Notes under the pieces: generated by a model
The model's input: the letters and a program-made list of their open reading frames with translations, nothing else
Database searches by the model: none
What the model was told of the DNA's origin: nothing
NCBI GenBank assembly: GCA_951406725.2
Contig: OX597815.1
Span: forward strand, 48,670,001-48,734,000
Origin: Octopus vulgaris
Taxonomy: Eukaryota
Direction: 5' to 3'
DNA: 64,000 nucleotides
Shown here: positions 40,489-53,690 of the stretch, in pieces
Position numbering within the stretch: the stretch's first letter is position 1
Layout of the letters: every line of letters starts with the position of its first letter
Program-made: the position numbers and the translations under genes

Positions 40489-40499
40489 TGATGATGATG

Positions 40500-40554
<55 letters not shown>

Positions 40555-40562
40555 TGATAATG

Positions 40563-40628
<66 letters not shown>

Positions 40629-40643
40629 GTAATAGTAATAATA
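40192..40643. repeat. (TAA)/(TGA) trinucleotide array
   Basis: Read directly; produces poly-I/M/L ORFs. Confidence 0.95.
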
Positions 40644-41589
40644 AAATTAGAGCTTTGCTACCAAAGATAGACAAGCCCTAATTTTAATGACTGAATGACT
40701 TACTGACTCAAGGTGGAATTTGGGTGTAATGGTAATGGAATTATGTCTGAGACAAAATTACTAACATACCTGTCTCAGAATAGCTTTCATTTTGTTCTCT
40801 ATTTCTTTACTATTATTATTATATTCTATTTTATTTTTTGTTTATTTCTATTTATTTATTCTTTTTGTTTCATTGTACCTGAATGTGTTCCCTTATAATC
40901 TCATAACAGAACACCTATATATAGCAGCCAAGCTCTTCATACCTTTTTCCTAACTAAAAGAATTCTCCCCTGCTCCAGGTTGTTTGAGAACTATTAGCCA
41001 TTTCAAGTTCGACTATCACATTTCTCTAATTTCGATTTCATACTTTATAACAAACTGTGAAGTCATGTGGCTAAGTGGTTATGGTGTTGCAGTCATAATC
41101 ACAAGATTGTGGTTTCAATTCCCAAACTGGCCATGCATAATGGTTTTTTAACATCTAAACACTTCATTTCATGCTACTCCAGTTCACTCAGCTGCTAATA
41201 GGCAACCCTGCGAGGGACTAGTGTTCCATTCAAGGAAATATTAGCCTGCCTGCCTAGCCAGCAGGATAGCATCATCCAAAAGCTAAAATACTGCAAACTA
41301 CATTGTGACTAGTGGTGTATAACAATGCCTAAAAATCTGGTCAGTGATATGGTAAAAAACTTAGTCTTTTCACACCATTGATGAAAACTTCTACCATCAT
41401 GATGGTTATCATGACTTTAATGTACATTTTACCAAGTTTGCATAGGTCAGACAGAATTTATTGAGGAATATTTTCTCTAGCCAAATGCTCTTCCTGTCAT
41501 GAACCCTTATCTGTTTCAAAGCAAGGGTAATATTTTCCCATGACTAGACAAGTTTGCAAAGAATATTGGAAATGAATGACAGACCTCAC

Positions 41590-41885
41590 CAGTGCTGGTG
41601 CCACATAAGAAGCACCGGAGCCATTCTGTAATGTGGTTGGTGTTAGAGAGGGCATCCAGCTGTAAATACCATGTGAAAACAGGCTTTGCTTGTATTGGTG
41701 CCGCATAAAAAGCACCTGGGCCACTCTTTAAGGGGGTTGGTGTTAGAAAGGGCATCCAGCTGTAAAAACCCTGTCAAAACAGACAATGAAGCCTGGTGCA
41801 GTCTTTTGGCTTGTCAGCTTCTGTCAAATAGTCCAACCCATGCCAGCATGGAAAACGGATGTTAAATGATGATGATGATGATGAT
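41590..41885 (+). mobile_element. SINE/LINE-derived 3' module (family D) with internal tandem duplication and (GAT)n tail
   Basis: GTTGGTGTTAG...GGGCATCCAGCTGTAAA occurs twice about 100 bp apart, then CCATGCCAGCATGGAAAACGGATGTTAAA(TGA)n. Relatives at 55915-56070 (-), 57770-57975 (+) and 62210-62320 (-). Confidence 0.7.
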
Positions 41886-42674
41886 ATGACATGGTTTTTG
41901 CAGTTTCCATCTACCAAATCAACTCTCAAGATCATGTGGTTGGGAAGCAAATTTCTGAACCTCACATCCCCACTTGCACCTCTCCATGTGATCCCTAAAT
42001 GTGCTAGAGACAACAGTTAAATATTCCTCAAAAATTACACTCAGCCATCTTAGATATAAAGAACACACTAGTGAGTGTAATTCTAGACATACACTATATG
42101 ATGGATAGTCATGGCTGGAATATCGTTGATCAGGCATAGGTCTGCTTAATCAGATTGAACTGGAACCATATAGCAAAGAACAATAGTAACTAGGTCTTTA
42201 TAAAAATAAGAAATAATTCAGAGGAAACCAGTGACTGTCTGCCACTACAAAATAAAGTAAATTTGTAAAATTCTTAATTTCTTTAAAGATCTTTGTTCAA
42301 AATATCATAAGCTATCTGTTTTCATAACATATGAATTAACCCATTAATTACGATATTTCTGTTTAAATATACCAACTTTGTTTCAATTAATTTTAAAAAT
42401 AATGAAAAATTTACTCAGATAGCTATCATTATTAAACTGGTGTTTGGAACATAAATTAACCTGAAATTAATGGAAAATTTTATTTAGATTACTTTAAAAC
42501 CAGAGGAAAGATTGGTATCAAAAGAGTTAATCTTATTTTATGAATTTTAATAATTAGAGAGAGGTGGAGCAGAGCCATGTTGTTAAAACATTTGTTTTAC
42601 AAATAATTTTGATGTTTCCTACCGTGTAGAAATTGCCTGTTATAGTTAATTTCTCTTTGTGTTTAAATGTATAC

Positions 42675-42720
<46 letters not shown>

Positions 42721-42874
42721 TTTGCCATGATGGATTGCTAGCCCCTACACATTCTTTATTTTCTCTCCTTGTTTCTTTCTGTAGACTTTTTCACTTCCCG
42801 AGCATTGAACTAATACATGTGTTTTTGTCTACACCACCTGTCTTCATCTTTTGTTTTTTTTTGTGAATTCTCCC

Positions 42875-42943
<69 letters not shown>

Positions 42944-43426
42944 TAAAGATAAGATCCAACGATCAAGATGTAGGAAGTTAGTAAACTTTGAGCAGTCTGT
43001 AGGAAGTATAAAAAACAAATTTTAGGAACAATAGTGGTTTATTGATGTAGAAGGTTGTAAATTTTTCCCATATCAAAGTTTGATAAGCTGAAAAAAGTTA
43101 TTTTATAGTTCACAGTTGGCAGCTGAGGCTGCTGCGTATGTGAATAAAAATTCAAATTTAGGGAATGGAGTAGAAAAAATCCAGGCTACATATGTTTCAA
43201 AGCAAGCAGAATCTCAGAAGTAATAATTACCCAAAACACGGGGTACTCTATAGGCCAAAGATACCTTAGTCAAATGATTGTTACATTGTCATCAGGGGAT
43301 CATATGTTAACACGAGTTTTGAGTAATCACTACTACTGAGGTTCTGCTTGCTAGGAAATATATATAGCCTGGATTTTATATATTCCATTCCCTAACTTTG
43401 GATAAATATGTATATATATATATATA

Positions 43427-44717
43427 CAAGATGCAATGGGTAAATTGTCGCCATTTTATATTTTAATTTTGTGCATCTGCATTATTTGTTTTTAGAGTTT
43501 GTCAACTACACAGTATAGTAGGGTCAGTATGAGGAAAACGGCACCATGTCGCTATTCAGTCTGCCAGAAATTTGGAAATGACATGCTGTACTGTTTGGCA
43601 TTCACACCCAAAGCTCTAGTACGAATATTTCAGTGCTTGGATGTCAATCTGAGGACAGTGCAATCTGAGGACATATACTGAGAGTGATAAAAATCAAACA
43701 TCCAGTCAACATCATAGTGTTTGGAGTGATCACTAGTGATGGCAACGTTATGCCTCCATTCATCTTCCCACACGGCCTCACACTCAACACAGAGGCCTAC
43801 ATCAAGTGAGTAGAGGAGGTAGTGCTGCCCTGTGTCAAGAGGGTAGCTGCTTAAAGACCCTGTATCTGGCAATAGGACTCTGCACCATGCTACACAAGCA
43901 GGAGAATCCAGTCATGGCAGTCAGACAATTTCTGGTATACATCACCCCTAACATCTGGCCACCTAACTCCCAGGACTGCAACCCCCTTGGTTATTGTGCA
44001 TGGGCTGCAGTTGACAGAGATCAACATAGCTCCTTGTAGCACCAAAGATGAACCGAAGGCAAAGATTATGCCAGCATTCACCAACTTAAACAAAGAGACT
44101 GTCCAGAAGAGTTGTAGGAGATTCCAAAGTTGTCTGGAGGCCGTGGTTGAAGCTAATGGCGATTTTATTGCATAAATTTATTCTTTAGTATTTCAAGATA
44201 TTTTTATGCAATTTTGGTAAATATATCTGTTAAAATGAGATGTCAATGTTATTTTCAATGTAAGGTATACTAGTCATCTCAATATGACTAACCACTAAGG
44301 GTGGGTGTTACTGTAGGTTGTAGCCCCTGGAGATTATCGTCTCCAGCTGGCTTTAGGCACACTTTCTGTGCCCTTATGGTATTTGCAAAGGGAGATCATC
44401 CCTCCCTCGTCAACCTAGGTGACACACACGGACTGCAGTTTCTAGGTATTTGTCTGTCTTCAGTGTACGGCAGTCACCGGTTGTCAATGAAGGGGGTCCC
44501 AATCTTTATATTGTTTTTCCAGTAACTTTTCATCACTGATCTCGAAAAACTGTATACAAGCAATAATAAATCTCTGAATGAGATGTAAACAGTAACTGCA
44601 TGACAATGTAAGGTATACTAGCCATCTCAATACGGCTGTTTACATCTCATTCAGAGATTTATTAATGTTATTTTCATTTTTGTGTAATTTAAACGACAGT
44701 TTATTCACAGCACCCTG
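43427..44717 (+). mobile_element. Internally deleted Tc1/mariner (maT-like) transposon in (TA)n
   Basis: KHPVNIIVFGVITSDGNVMPPFIFPHGLTLNTEAYIK, WQ*DSAPC, WPPNSQDCNPL and CRRFQSCLEAVVEANGDFI. Decayed TIRs at both ends; a secondary insertion occupies 44258-44663. Confidence 0.85.
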
Positions 44718-44733
44718 CATATATATGTGTATG

Positions 44734-44797
<64 letters not shown>

Positions 44798-44801
<4 letters not shown>

Positions 44802-45000
44802 ACCACGTGTGTACCGTTGGCGATTTTTTTTCCTCTGTCTTCCCTTCTCTGGATCTTTCCTTCTCCTATGTTTCTGACAAAGAGCTCCGCTCGAAACGTT
44901 AAACCCCCCTTATTTACTTCTTTCCTGAGCATCCAATAATACTATATTTGTTCCACGTCCTCGCGTTGTTGTGTTTTTTTTTGTGCTTTCTTGTTTGGAT

Positions 45001-45005
<5 letters not shown>
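44798..45005 (+). mobile_element. Family HH1 element, copy 3
   Basis: Motif 44870-44904 GTTT-CTGACAA-A-GAGCTCCGCTC-GAAA-CGTT-AAAC, with a core G>A change; (TA)n on both sides. Confidence 0.85.
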
Positions 45006-45038
<33 letters not shown>

Positions 45039-47025
45039 CACACGCACATATTTCTCTAATTTATATATTATATATTTATATTGTGAAATTTGATTTAATA
45101 CTAAATTGAATTTTTCCCTATAAGTTGGGTCTCCAATCAGGCCATTTACAATACTCTTAAAGCCAGGAACTTTTCACCACTCCTTCGTATGTGTGTGTGT
45201 GTGTATCAGGTTATTGATCAGCTATATATTGCTGGTCACAACGTACTTTGCATTGTTTTAGCATTTGAATGATGCCACCTCATTAGTTAGGTGACAAGGC
45301 CAGTATTTTCCCTGATGGGAAGACTGTTCCATCATAAGGTTACACATTGACAGCTGAGTGGACTGAACCAATGTGAACTGAAGTGTTTTGCACAAGAACA
45401 CAATGCACTGCCCATTCTAGGAACTGAACCCACGATCTAGCAATAAGAGTGCAACAGCCTAATCACTAGGCCACGCATCTTCATCCCCCCCACCCACTCA
45501 CACATACATATATATAAAATCTGTGTTGCAAAGGTGCAAACATGCCATATTGGCCCTTCCCTACAAGAGTAAGGTAACCAACTCCAAAGCTTGGATTGAA
45601 CTGAGCCTGCACCACCATCTGTGTATAGTCCCCTTCAGGGGACCTACCATACAGTGAACAACACCCCTGAGGATTATTAAATTAAATATAGGGTCCATGT
45701 ATGTGAGTAGGGCATGATGGAATTTTAGAAAGCCCTCCTGGAAGATTGCCATGGCCTGATGTTTTTTTTTGGTATTGAGCTAGCTTGATGCAATGGAGCA
45801 GTGTCTTGAACTGTCCTGTGGTTCAAAGCCATACTCTCAGAAGCATGATCATGTGCATCTTGGGTTCACTTGGTTGAAGTCTGGCAGCATCTGGTACCTC
45901 TTTGCAACTGTTTTTATTACCCAGAATGTATGAAACAAGGGCTAACTAAAAGTCTGAACAGAAGTATAGATCTTTTGGGCAAATTTATGAACATGTTTGA
46001 ACAGGCAAACAGTTAAATGTCTTAAACAAGGTCAGATGAACGAAGTGCCAATAATGCCATAAAGTGAAAGCTAACAGATTGACATCTTATCTAAGATAAG
46101 ATTGCAAGTCTATATAGATTGAAATAATTGACATAAGTATGACTAACAGTGTGGGTGTACCATTAAGTAAAATATGACACAAGAATCATTTTATTATGTT
46201 CTAAAATGGTGGAACTGTTTAGTACAAAGTCACCATTTTTATGTCATAGAGCCACTGTATATAAAGCTAATGTGTTAAATTCAATAAACTAGGATCGGAA
46301 TGGTGGTGGTGGAGGGGATGGTGGTGCAGAAGGAACAAACCTGCTTTGTCGTGATATTATTTTTGTGACTTTCTAGGTGACTTATTGAAGGGATAGATGG
46401 ATGGAAAGAGCGTAAATTAGGAATTTAAAATATTTTATCATTGAAAATATTTCTCAAAGATAACAGAAATTGGATGACATAATATGGTAGTAAGTCTTGT
46501 CATTAGTTCTGGCCTTGGCAAGGTTGCTGATATGGTGGTGGTGGGGTAAGCTCGTCAACTAATCAATTTGTCTAATATAAATAACTAGTGACTCTGAAAC
46601 TAAATCTTGTTATTTTAGAATTTTTCTGTCAATGTTATGTTTTGTGAGGACATATCAGAAATGGATATTTTTCACTTTGTTAGATAAATAAAATAAGTAT
46701 GTAATATTCATACATCACCAATTTCGTATGAGAGATAATTGGAAAGCTAGCTGGACACAGACAAGAGTAATATGAAGTTGACAGTAAGTCTCTTCTATAT
46801 TCATCAGACTTTGCTTTGAAAACTGAAATTAAAGATGTATTTATCATTTGTGACATATCTGTCCGCACCCACTAATTGATAACCACCACATAGCTATCAC
46901 TTTTGGAAAATAAAATATTTAGGTTTTTGGTCTGTAAATAAAATTAAACAAGTGATATATTGTCAATTTGCTAAAAATTTGTTTTATATTATTTCTATAT
47001 TTTTTCTACAGACTGACATGCATGT

Positions 47026-47026
<1 letters not shown>

Positions 47027-47121
<95 letters not shown>

Positions 47122-47124
47122 ACA
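47027..47124. repeat. (CA)n microsatellite
   Basis: Read directly. Confidence 0.95.
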
Positions 47125-47228
47125 TCAAACACTCACATATGCAACATCAAACAGTGACATACAGCTACACATAAACATGGATGTTTGACCTGCTAGAACT
47201 AGCAGCCAAATATCCCTTTAATCACACA

Positions 47229-47580
47229 GGCATGGCTGTGTGGTAAGAAGCTTGCTTCCCAACCATATAGTTCTGGGTTCAGTCCCGCTATGTGACATCT
47301 TGGGCAAATGTTTTCTACTATAGCCTCAGGCAGATCAAAGCCTTGTGAGAGCATTTGGTAGATGGAAACTGAAAGAAGCCTGTCATATATAGTTGTGTGT
47401 GTGTCTGTGTTTGCCCCCCTGCCATCGATTGACAACCGATGGCAGTGTGTTTATGTCATAACTTAGCAGTTTGGCAAAAGTGACCGATAGAATAAGTACT
47501 GGGCATGCAAAGAAAATAGGTTCTGGGGGTCGATATGTGCTCCGGCATGGCCACAGTTAAATAAGTGAAACAAGTTAAAG
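47229..47580 (+). mobile_element. SINE family A
   Basis: Head, CORE-like segment and tail. Confidence 0.85.
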
Positions 47581-48355
47581 GAAGAAAAAAGAAAGAATTA
47601 CAATCTTGTGAAAAGGAAGGTCATACTAGATAATGTAGTCCAACGTACATAATGATCAAGCAGTGTGTTGTGTTCTTGTGCAAAACACTTAATTTCATGT
47701 TCCTCTATGATTACTTCGTCAATTTGATGGAGAGATTGAGCAGTCCATGAAATATGTATATATATATATATATATATCATAGTATCACATTAACGACCAT
47801 ATTAATGGCTGTTGTTATACACCACTAGTCACAATGCATTTCTTTCTATTGTTGTAGCTTTTGAACACTGCCATACTCTGGCCAGGTGAGCAGGCTAATG
47901 TTGCCCCTGAATAGAATGTCAGTTCATCACAGGGTTATTCATTTATAGCTGAATGGACTGGAACAACATGTAGTAGAGTGATATGATGAAGAACACAATG
48001 TGCTGCTGGCCTGAGAATCAAAACTATAATCTTGTGATTATGAGCACAGCACCCTACATACTGTGCACCTTTACACACACACACACACATACACATCATC
48101 TCCATCAACATTGTTTAGCATCCACTATTCCATGCTTACATGGGTCAGACTGAGTTTGTTCATGCTGTCAGGCAGAGTTTCTTTAGCCTACCTGTCACCA
48201 GCCCTTATCTGTTTTGCAGTAAGGTAATACTCCCATGGCCAGATATGTTTCCATGGAAAACTGGAAACAAAGAAAGCTGCATGTATGACAGTGACATACA
48301 CAGACATACATACATTCATACATACATTTATTAACGTTTGCTTATATCTTCATCT

Positions 48356-48555
48356 GTGGAGGCACAATGGCCCAGTGGTTAGGGCAGTGGACTCGCAGTC
48401 AGAGGATAGTGGTTTCGATTCCCCGACCAGGCGTTGTGTGAGTTTATTGAGCAAAAACAGGGGTTGATGGCAACCTCTGTTGTACTCTTTCACCCCAACT
48501 TTCTCTCACTTTCTCTTCCTGCTTCTTGAGTAATGCTGCGATGGACTGGCGTCCT
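48356..48555 (+). mobile_element. tRNA-derived SINE with V-domain-like segment
   Basis: A box TGGCCCAGTGG, B box GTTTCGATTCC, and CTGCGATGGACTGGCGTCCTGT resembling the V-SINE domain. Confidence 0.65.
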
Positions 48556-49282
48556 GTTTGTGTGCCTGGGTTTGTCCCTCCAACATTACTTGACAACCGA
48601 TGCTGATGTGTTTACATCTCTGTAACTTAACGATTCGGCAAAAGAGACCAATAAAATAAGTATTAGGCTTACAAAGAATAAGTCCTGGGGTCGATTTGCT
48701 CGACCTTACTGGGATCGAAAATCTGCTTTGCATTTTGTTTCTTGAACATCCAGCATTGGGATCTGATTTAAAAGTATTTGGGTTGCTATTTCTAACATGT
48801 TAAGCTTGGCTGGTTCATGCCATCTTGGATGGCATTTATCAAATGATGTCAGAGATCAAGTGGGAGATAAATGGAGATAAATGACATCCACATCGTTAAT
48901 TCTACATTGAGATAAGAACTTTGGGAGTAACTGGCTAGCAGTTCGGATTCAACTTGAGACTGGGACAATAGAATGATTGCACAGAATTGATTTTCATCCA
49001 TCCTTAACCTCTGATCAAACACCACTGGAACATATAGTCATTATAGTCATGCTATTTAGCTCTCTTCAGTTTTGGGTCACACGCCCAATTAGCCCTCCAC
49101 AGGAGCCAACTTAAAAGCCTACATAAAAGCCCACACGAAATGTGGCTTTTAAACTAGTTTATAATAAAACCAATTTTACATTAATCTAATGGACTACACT
49201 ATACTTACATAGAGAACAAATTCTTAATACAAGAATGTTGTTGACAGTGACTTCAAAGTTTTGGCCATCTGTGCTATAGTTG

Positions 49283-49329
49283 GACAGTCTGATGATGGCT
49301 TACCTGGCTGAAACTTCAAATTCCCTGTC
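49283..49329 (+). ncRNA. Type-I hammerhead ribozyme motif (HH3), partly decayed
   Basis: GACAGU-CUGAUGA-U-GGC(UUACCUG)GCU-GAAA-CUUCAAAU-UC-CCUGUC. Sister copies give stem III ACUUCGAAGU, a GUC triplet and ACUGUC. Confidence 0.65.
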
Positions 49330-49502
49330 AACAACATTCAATAAGCTTCTTTCCATCTACCAAATCCACTCATGATGCTTTGGTCAGACTAGTGGGTATA
49401 GCAGAAGAAACTTGCCCAAGCTGCCATGCAGTGGAGCTGAACTCAAGACCAAATATTAGGAAGTAAGCTTCTTACACAAAGCTACACTTGTGATTTATAT
49501 AT

Positions 49503-49905
49503 ATACTAGCAGTATCACCCGGCGTTGCTCGGGTTTGTAAGGGAAATAACTATATAAGCATTTTTAGAGATGTAAAGTATAATAGCCATCACAATATGGC
49601 TAACCACAAAGGTGGGTATTACTGTAGCTTTTTACGTTCTGAGATTTAATAATACATTTTTAGAGAGTTACTTCCCTTATATGAACCGAGTGAAAATGCA
49701 TTAAAAATGCGGAAAAATTATGGTAAATTTTTTTTTAAATCGTAGACTCATCGTAGACGTGCGCTAATACCTAGAAGGACTCGATATGAATCACGACTAT
49801 AAGATACCCGCTTTTGGTTACACTGCACCGCAAAATGTGGGAGTAGTTAGGAATCTAAATCATAGGAGACAGACACCACACAGCCTCACTTTTATATATA
49901 TAGAT
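49503..49905 (+). mobile_element. Helitron/Helentron-associated non-autonomous element
   Basis: 5' ATACTAGC with sub-terminal hairpin CCCGGCGTTGCTCGGG; 3' CTTTTATATATATAGAT; no TSD seen. Confidence 0.7.
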
Positions 49906-49911
49906 ATACAC

Positions 49912-50218
49912 ATTCTCTTTTACTCTTTTACTTGTTTCAGTCATTTGACTCTGGCCATGCTGGAGCACCACCTTTAGTCGAGCAAATTGACCCCAGGACT
50001 TATTCTTTGTAAGCCTAATACTTATTTTATTGGTCTCTTTTGCCGAACCGCTAAGTTACAGAGATGTAAACACATCAGCATCGGTTGTCAAGTAATGTTG
50101 GAGGGACAAACCCAGACACACAAACATATAGTAAAAGACACTTGCCCAAATTGCCATGCAGTGGGACTGAACCCGGAACCATATAGTTAGTAAGCAAGCT
50201 ACTTACCACACAGCCACT

Positions 50219-50220
<2 letters not shown>
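49912..50220 (-). mobile_element. SINE family A with internal deletion
   Basis: Reverse complements of both tail and head are present; the middle is missing. Confidence 0.85.
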
Positions 50221-50258
<38 letters not shown>

Positions 50259-50743
50259 GTCACGTAGACAAAGCCATACCCATACTATAGCCAATCACAA
50301 TATACAATTACACATACAATATATAATTAGCTGTTATAAATAGGATCCATAAGATCTTTTACAATTATATTTTTATATATTTTTTTTTATGTAATTGTAT
50401 AATATTTTTTATTTATTTATTACATTTTTCAAAGGTTGGGAGGGGACATTTTATTTTATTAATTTGTATATTTATTAATTTTATTAATTTATATATTTAT
50501 TCCTATATTTATTTTTGAATTAGGATTATGAAACCAATCAATCAATAAAAATGAGTTAGAGAATTGACAACAAGAAATTTAACACAAGTCTTGATAACCT
50601 GAAGCTGTAAGCAGAAGACAATAATTGTACAAAGGGAAAATTGTTGATGTGTTTTAAACAACATTCTTCCCATATGGAGTAGCTACTCTTTCTGCCTCAG
50701 TAGATTAATGCTGTTCATTCATTGATAGCTGTATTAATACAGT

Positions 50744-50791
<48 letters not shown>

Positions 50792-50878
50792 AGATAGTCA
50801 AGGGTGTGTGTACGTGTACATTTATTATATATATATGTGTATTTATTATATATATGTCATATATATATATATATATAC

Positions 50879-50911
<33 letters not shown>

Positions 50912-51120
50912 TGTATGTATGTATATATATATACACACACACACATATACATAAATACACATACACACACATATATAAAGTACATATACATATATATTTA
51001 ATGTCTATATCTATTTATACAATCATATATATGTATGTATATAATATATATATATACAAACATATATATGTATATACATACATATGTATATATACATCTC
51101 TCTCTCTCTCTCTCTCTCTC

Positions 51121-51160
<40 letters not shown>

Positions 51161-51241
51161 TTTATAAACACATATGCATACATGTAGTAATATATGTGTA
51201 TACCTATACATATAAGACACAGGCATATGTGCATTTATAGG

Positions 51242-51290
<49 letters not shown>

Positions 51291-52726
51291 ATTTGCATGT
51301 ATGCATGCTTATATGAATATATATCTGTTTATGTAGAGTTGGTCCAGCAATACACATCCATCAAAGCAAGTCATGCAACCATATCTGTATACCTTCAGGT
51401 AATAGATAAAATATATACAAAAAAAGAACAGAAAACAAAAAGCAAAACAATGAATGAAAAAATGTCTTAAGTTTAGTTCTATGTAGATCTCTAAGAATCT
51501 TTGCCATACAAATTTTATATAATTTCTTTCTCCTTTACCCTGCAAATTCTCAAAATCCAAATTTATAAATGAACATATCTGATGCAATACATGTAGTTTT
51601 AGGATAAATTCTCATCTGTTCAGATCAATCAAACATAAAAGGATAAGTTTTGATTAAAAACGATGAGTATTCTCTTCTGAATCTAAATTAAAATCTTGAC
51701 ACCTGATTGGCTAAATCAGTGTCATATAAGAATTCTAGGATTTAAACATCCACCCATTAGACAAAAATGGCAATTTTTTTCTCTTTATATTTGGACTTTC
51801 CTTTATATATTACATTTGTATTATGATATACCATTTGGATTTGATTAGAGAATTTGTGTCAAATTTACATGTGAAATACTTCATTCAATTATGTACAAAG
51901 AATTCTGGTTTTGGAACCACAAAAATGGAAATAAGAAGATGCTGATGAGAATGTGTTCAAAGCAATTACACAAACTGAAAGTCTTGAGGGATTTCAAGAA
52001 ATATTTTGACATACATTTGCGATATAAATTGCATCTGTATTTCTAAATTATTTATTAATCAAGATAATATTTTATATTTTATTAAAAAATGTTTTTTTCT
52101 GACATGAACAAAATAAGATTATGGGATTTTTTATTGTTCTTTATTCAGCTATTATTTTTAGACTTTGTTTTTTAACAATTTATTTTGATCATGCTTACTT
52201 GATTAAACCACATTGATATATATCTGAATGTTTTTTTGGTTGTAAACAAAAATAAGCAGATGAATAGATAAAAACAATTGATCTATTATATCTAAAGGAG
52301 AAATCCTAGGTTCAATTCCAAACAAGGACTGACAAGTAATTTTTACTACATACATGTTACATTAAGAGAAGTCGCAGTTCTGATATCGTAGTATTTAAAC
52401 CAGCCCAAACTGGCCAAAATATTCTACTTTTTTATGTTCAAACCAATCAGATTAGGTCTCTCACACCTACCATACAATGTCACTGAAGAAATATACAATC
52501 ACATCATCAAAATATCAAAGGTTCAAGATAATGCCTGATTAATTCAAAACAATATCAATAAATAAGAATTATAATACAATTTAATCTGAATGCTAAAGGG
52601 TTGAACAAAAACAAAAAAATATGAAGTAAAGGTGTAAGACACAGGAAATAAACAACTTTGCTTCTATGGCAGAGATGCTCATTTTCAACCATCACATGAT
52701 GTCAGAATACACACATACATATATAC

Positions 52727-52927
52727 ACAGGGTGGGCCAAAAGTCATGAAAAGTTATGTAATTTTAATAAAGTCTTTTTAATTGCTCTTTTGTAATTTTG
52801 TTGTGATTGTTCACATCTAGCATACATTTATTTCCTATACATATTTATGATGCTAGGCCATTGTAAAAGAAAAAAATTAACAACTTAGATATTGAAACAC
52901 TTTTGTGACTTTTAGCCCATACTGTGT
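52727..52927. mobile_element. Tc1/mariner-type MITE
   Basis: TIRs CAGGGTGGGCCAAAAGTCA / TGACTTTTAGCCCATACTG. Confidence 0.65.
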
Positions 52928-53369
52928 ATATAAAAGGCTTCTCTCAGTTTCAGTCTTGGTTAGTCTGGGGCTATTGTAGAAGATTCATAGCCAAGATGCA
53001 ACACAGTGGAACAGAACCTAAGACCATACAGTTGGGAAGCAAGCTTCTTAGAACAAAACCTTTACATCAGTTCAAATTTCCTTCTTTCAGTAACAGGCAT
53101 AACTGCAGTCAAGAGGTTTGTTTTCCAACTATGTTGTTTTTATTTCAGTCCCATAAGATAGCACCTTGAGCAAGTGTATTCTTTTGTAGTCCCAGGCCAA
53201 TGCTACTGCTGATGAGGACGAGTAGACTAACTGACAGGCAGATTTGATAGAGTTTGGGACAAAGTAACAGCCAGTAATTGTTGCAAGTATTTACATTTTA
53301 AGCTCCAATCTTTCTGAAGTCAACTTTGTCTCTACAATAAAATATCAATTGATTAGTTAGTAAGTTCTC

Positions 53370-53690
53370 ACCATGATTTGAGACACATAAGGCAGCTACA
53401 CGATTTCTCCAGCCAGCTCTGTTTTCTGCCACTGTTCTGGTCTTTTCCAAGCGTTTCCATACTGTTTGTCTCCTCCCCTAGTCATAGGTTCTTTGTCACA
53501 TGGTTTTGGAGTGCTCTGTTGCTCTTTTCCCTTCATGCTTCCACTTAAGCGTCACCATACTCCTGCTTTCTTTGTTTTGTCTGGGGACATGTCTGATCTA
53601 TTTCCAGTCTGTGTCTCATTTCATCACTGATCCTGTTGATGCCTGGGTCACTTTGAACTCTTTGAAACCACATTATGTGGAGTATTCTTC
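53370..53690 (-). mobile_element. Degenerate RTE-type LINE 3' end
   Basis: Minus-strand remnants resemble W.GHV.R...LKWK.EGKR..G.PKTTW motifs, with frameshifts. Confidence 0.5.

Noticed and set aside
42725-42878. Possible further hammerhead element between (TA)n tracts
   Set aside because: The layout loosely resembles HH1, but this copy has no CTGANGA/GAAA core.
53208-53240. CTGATGA core
   Set aside because: No stem II-GAAA follows.
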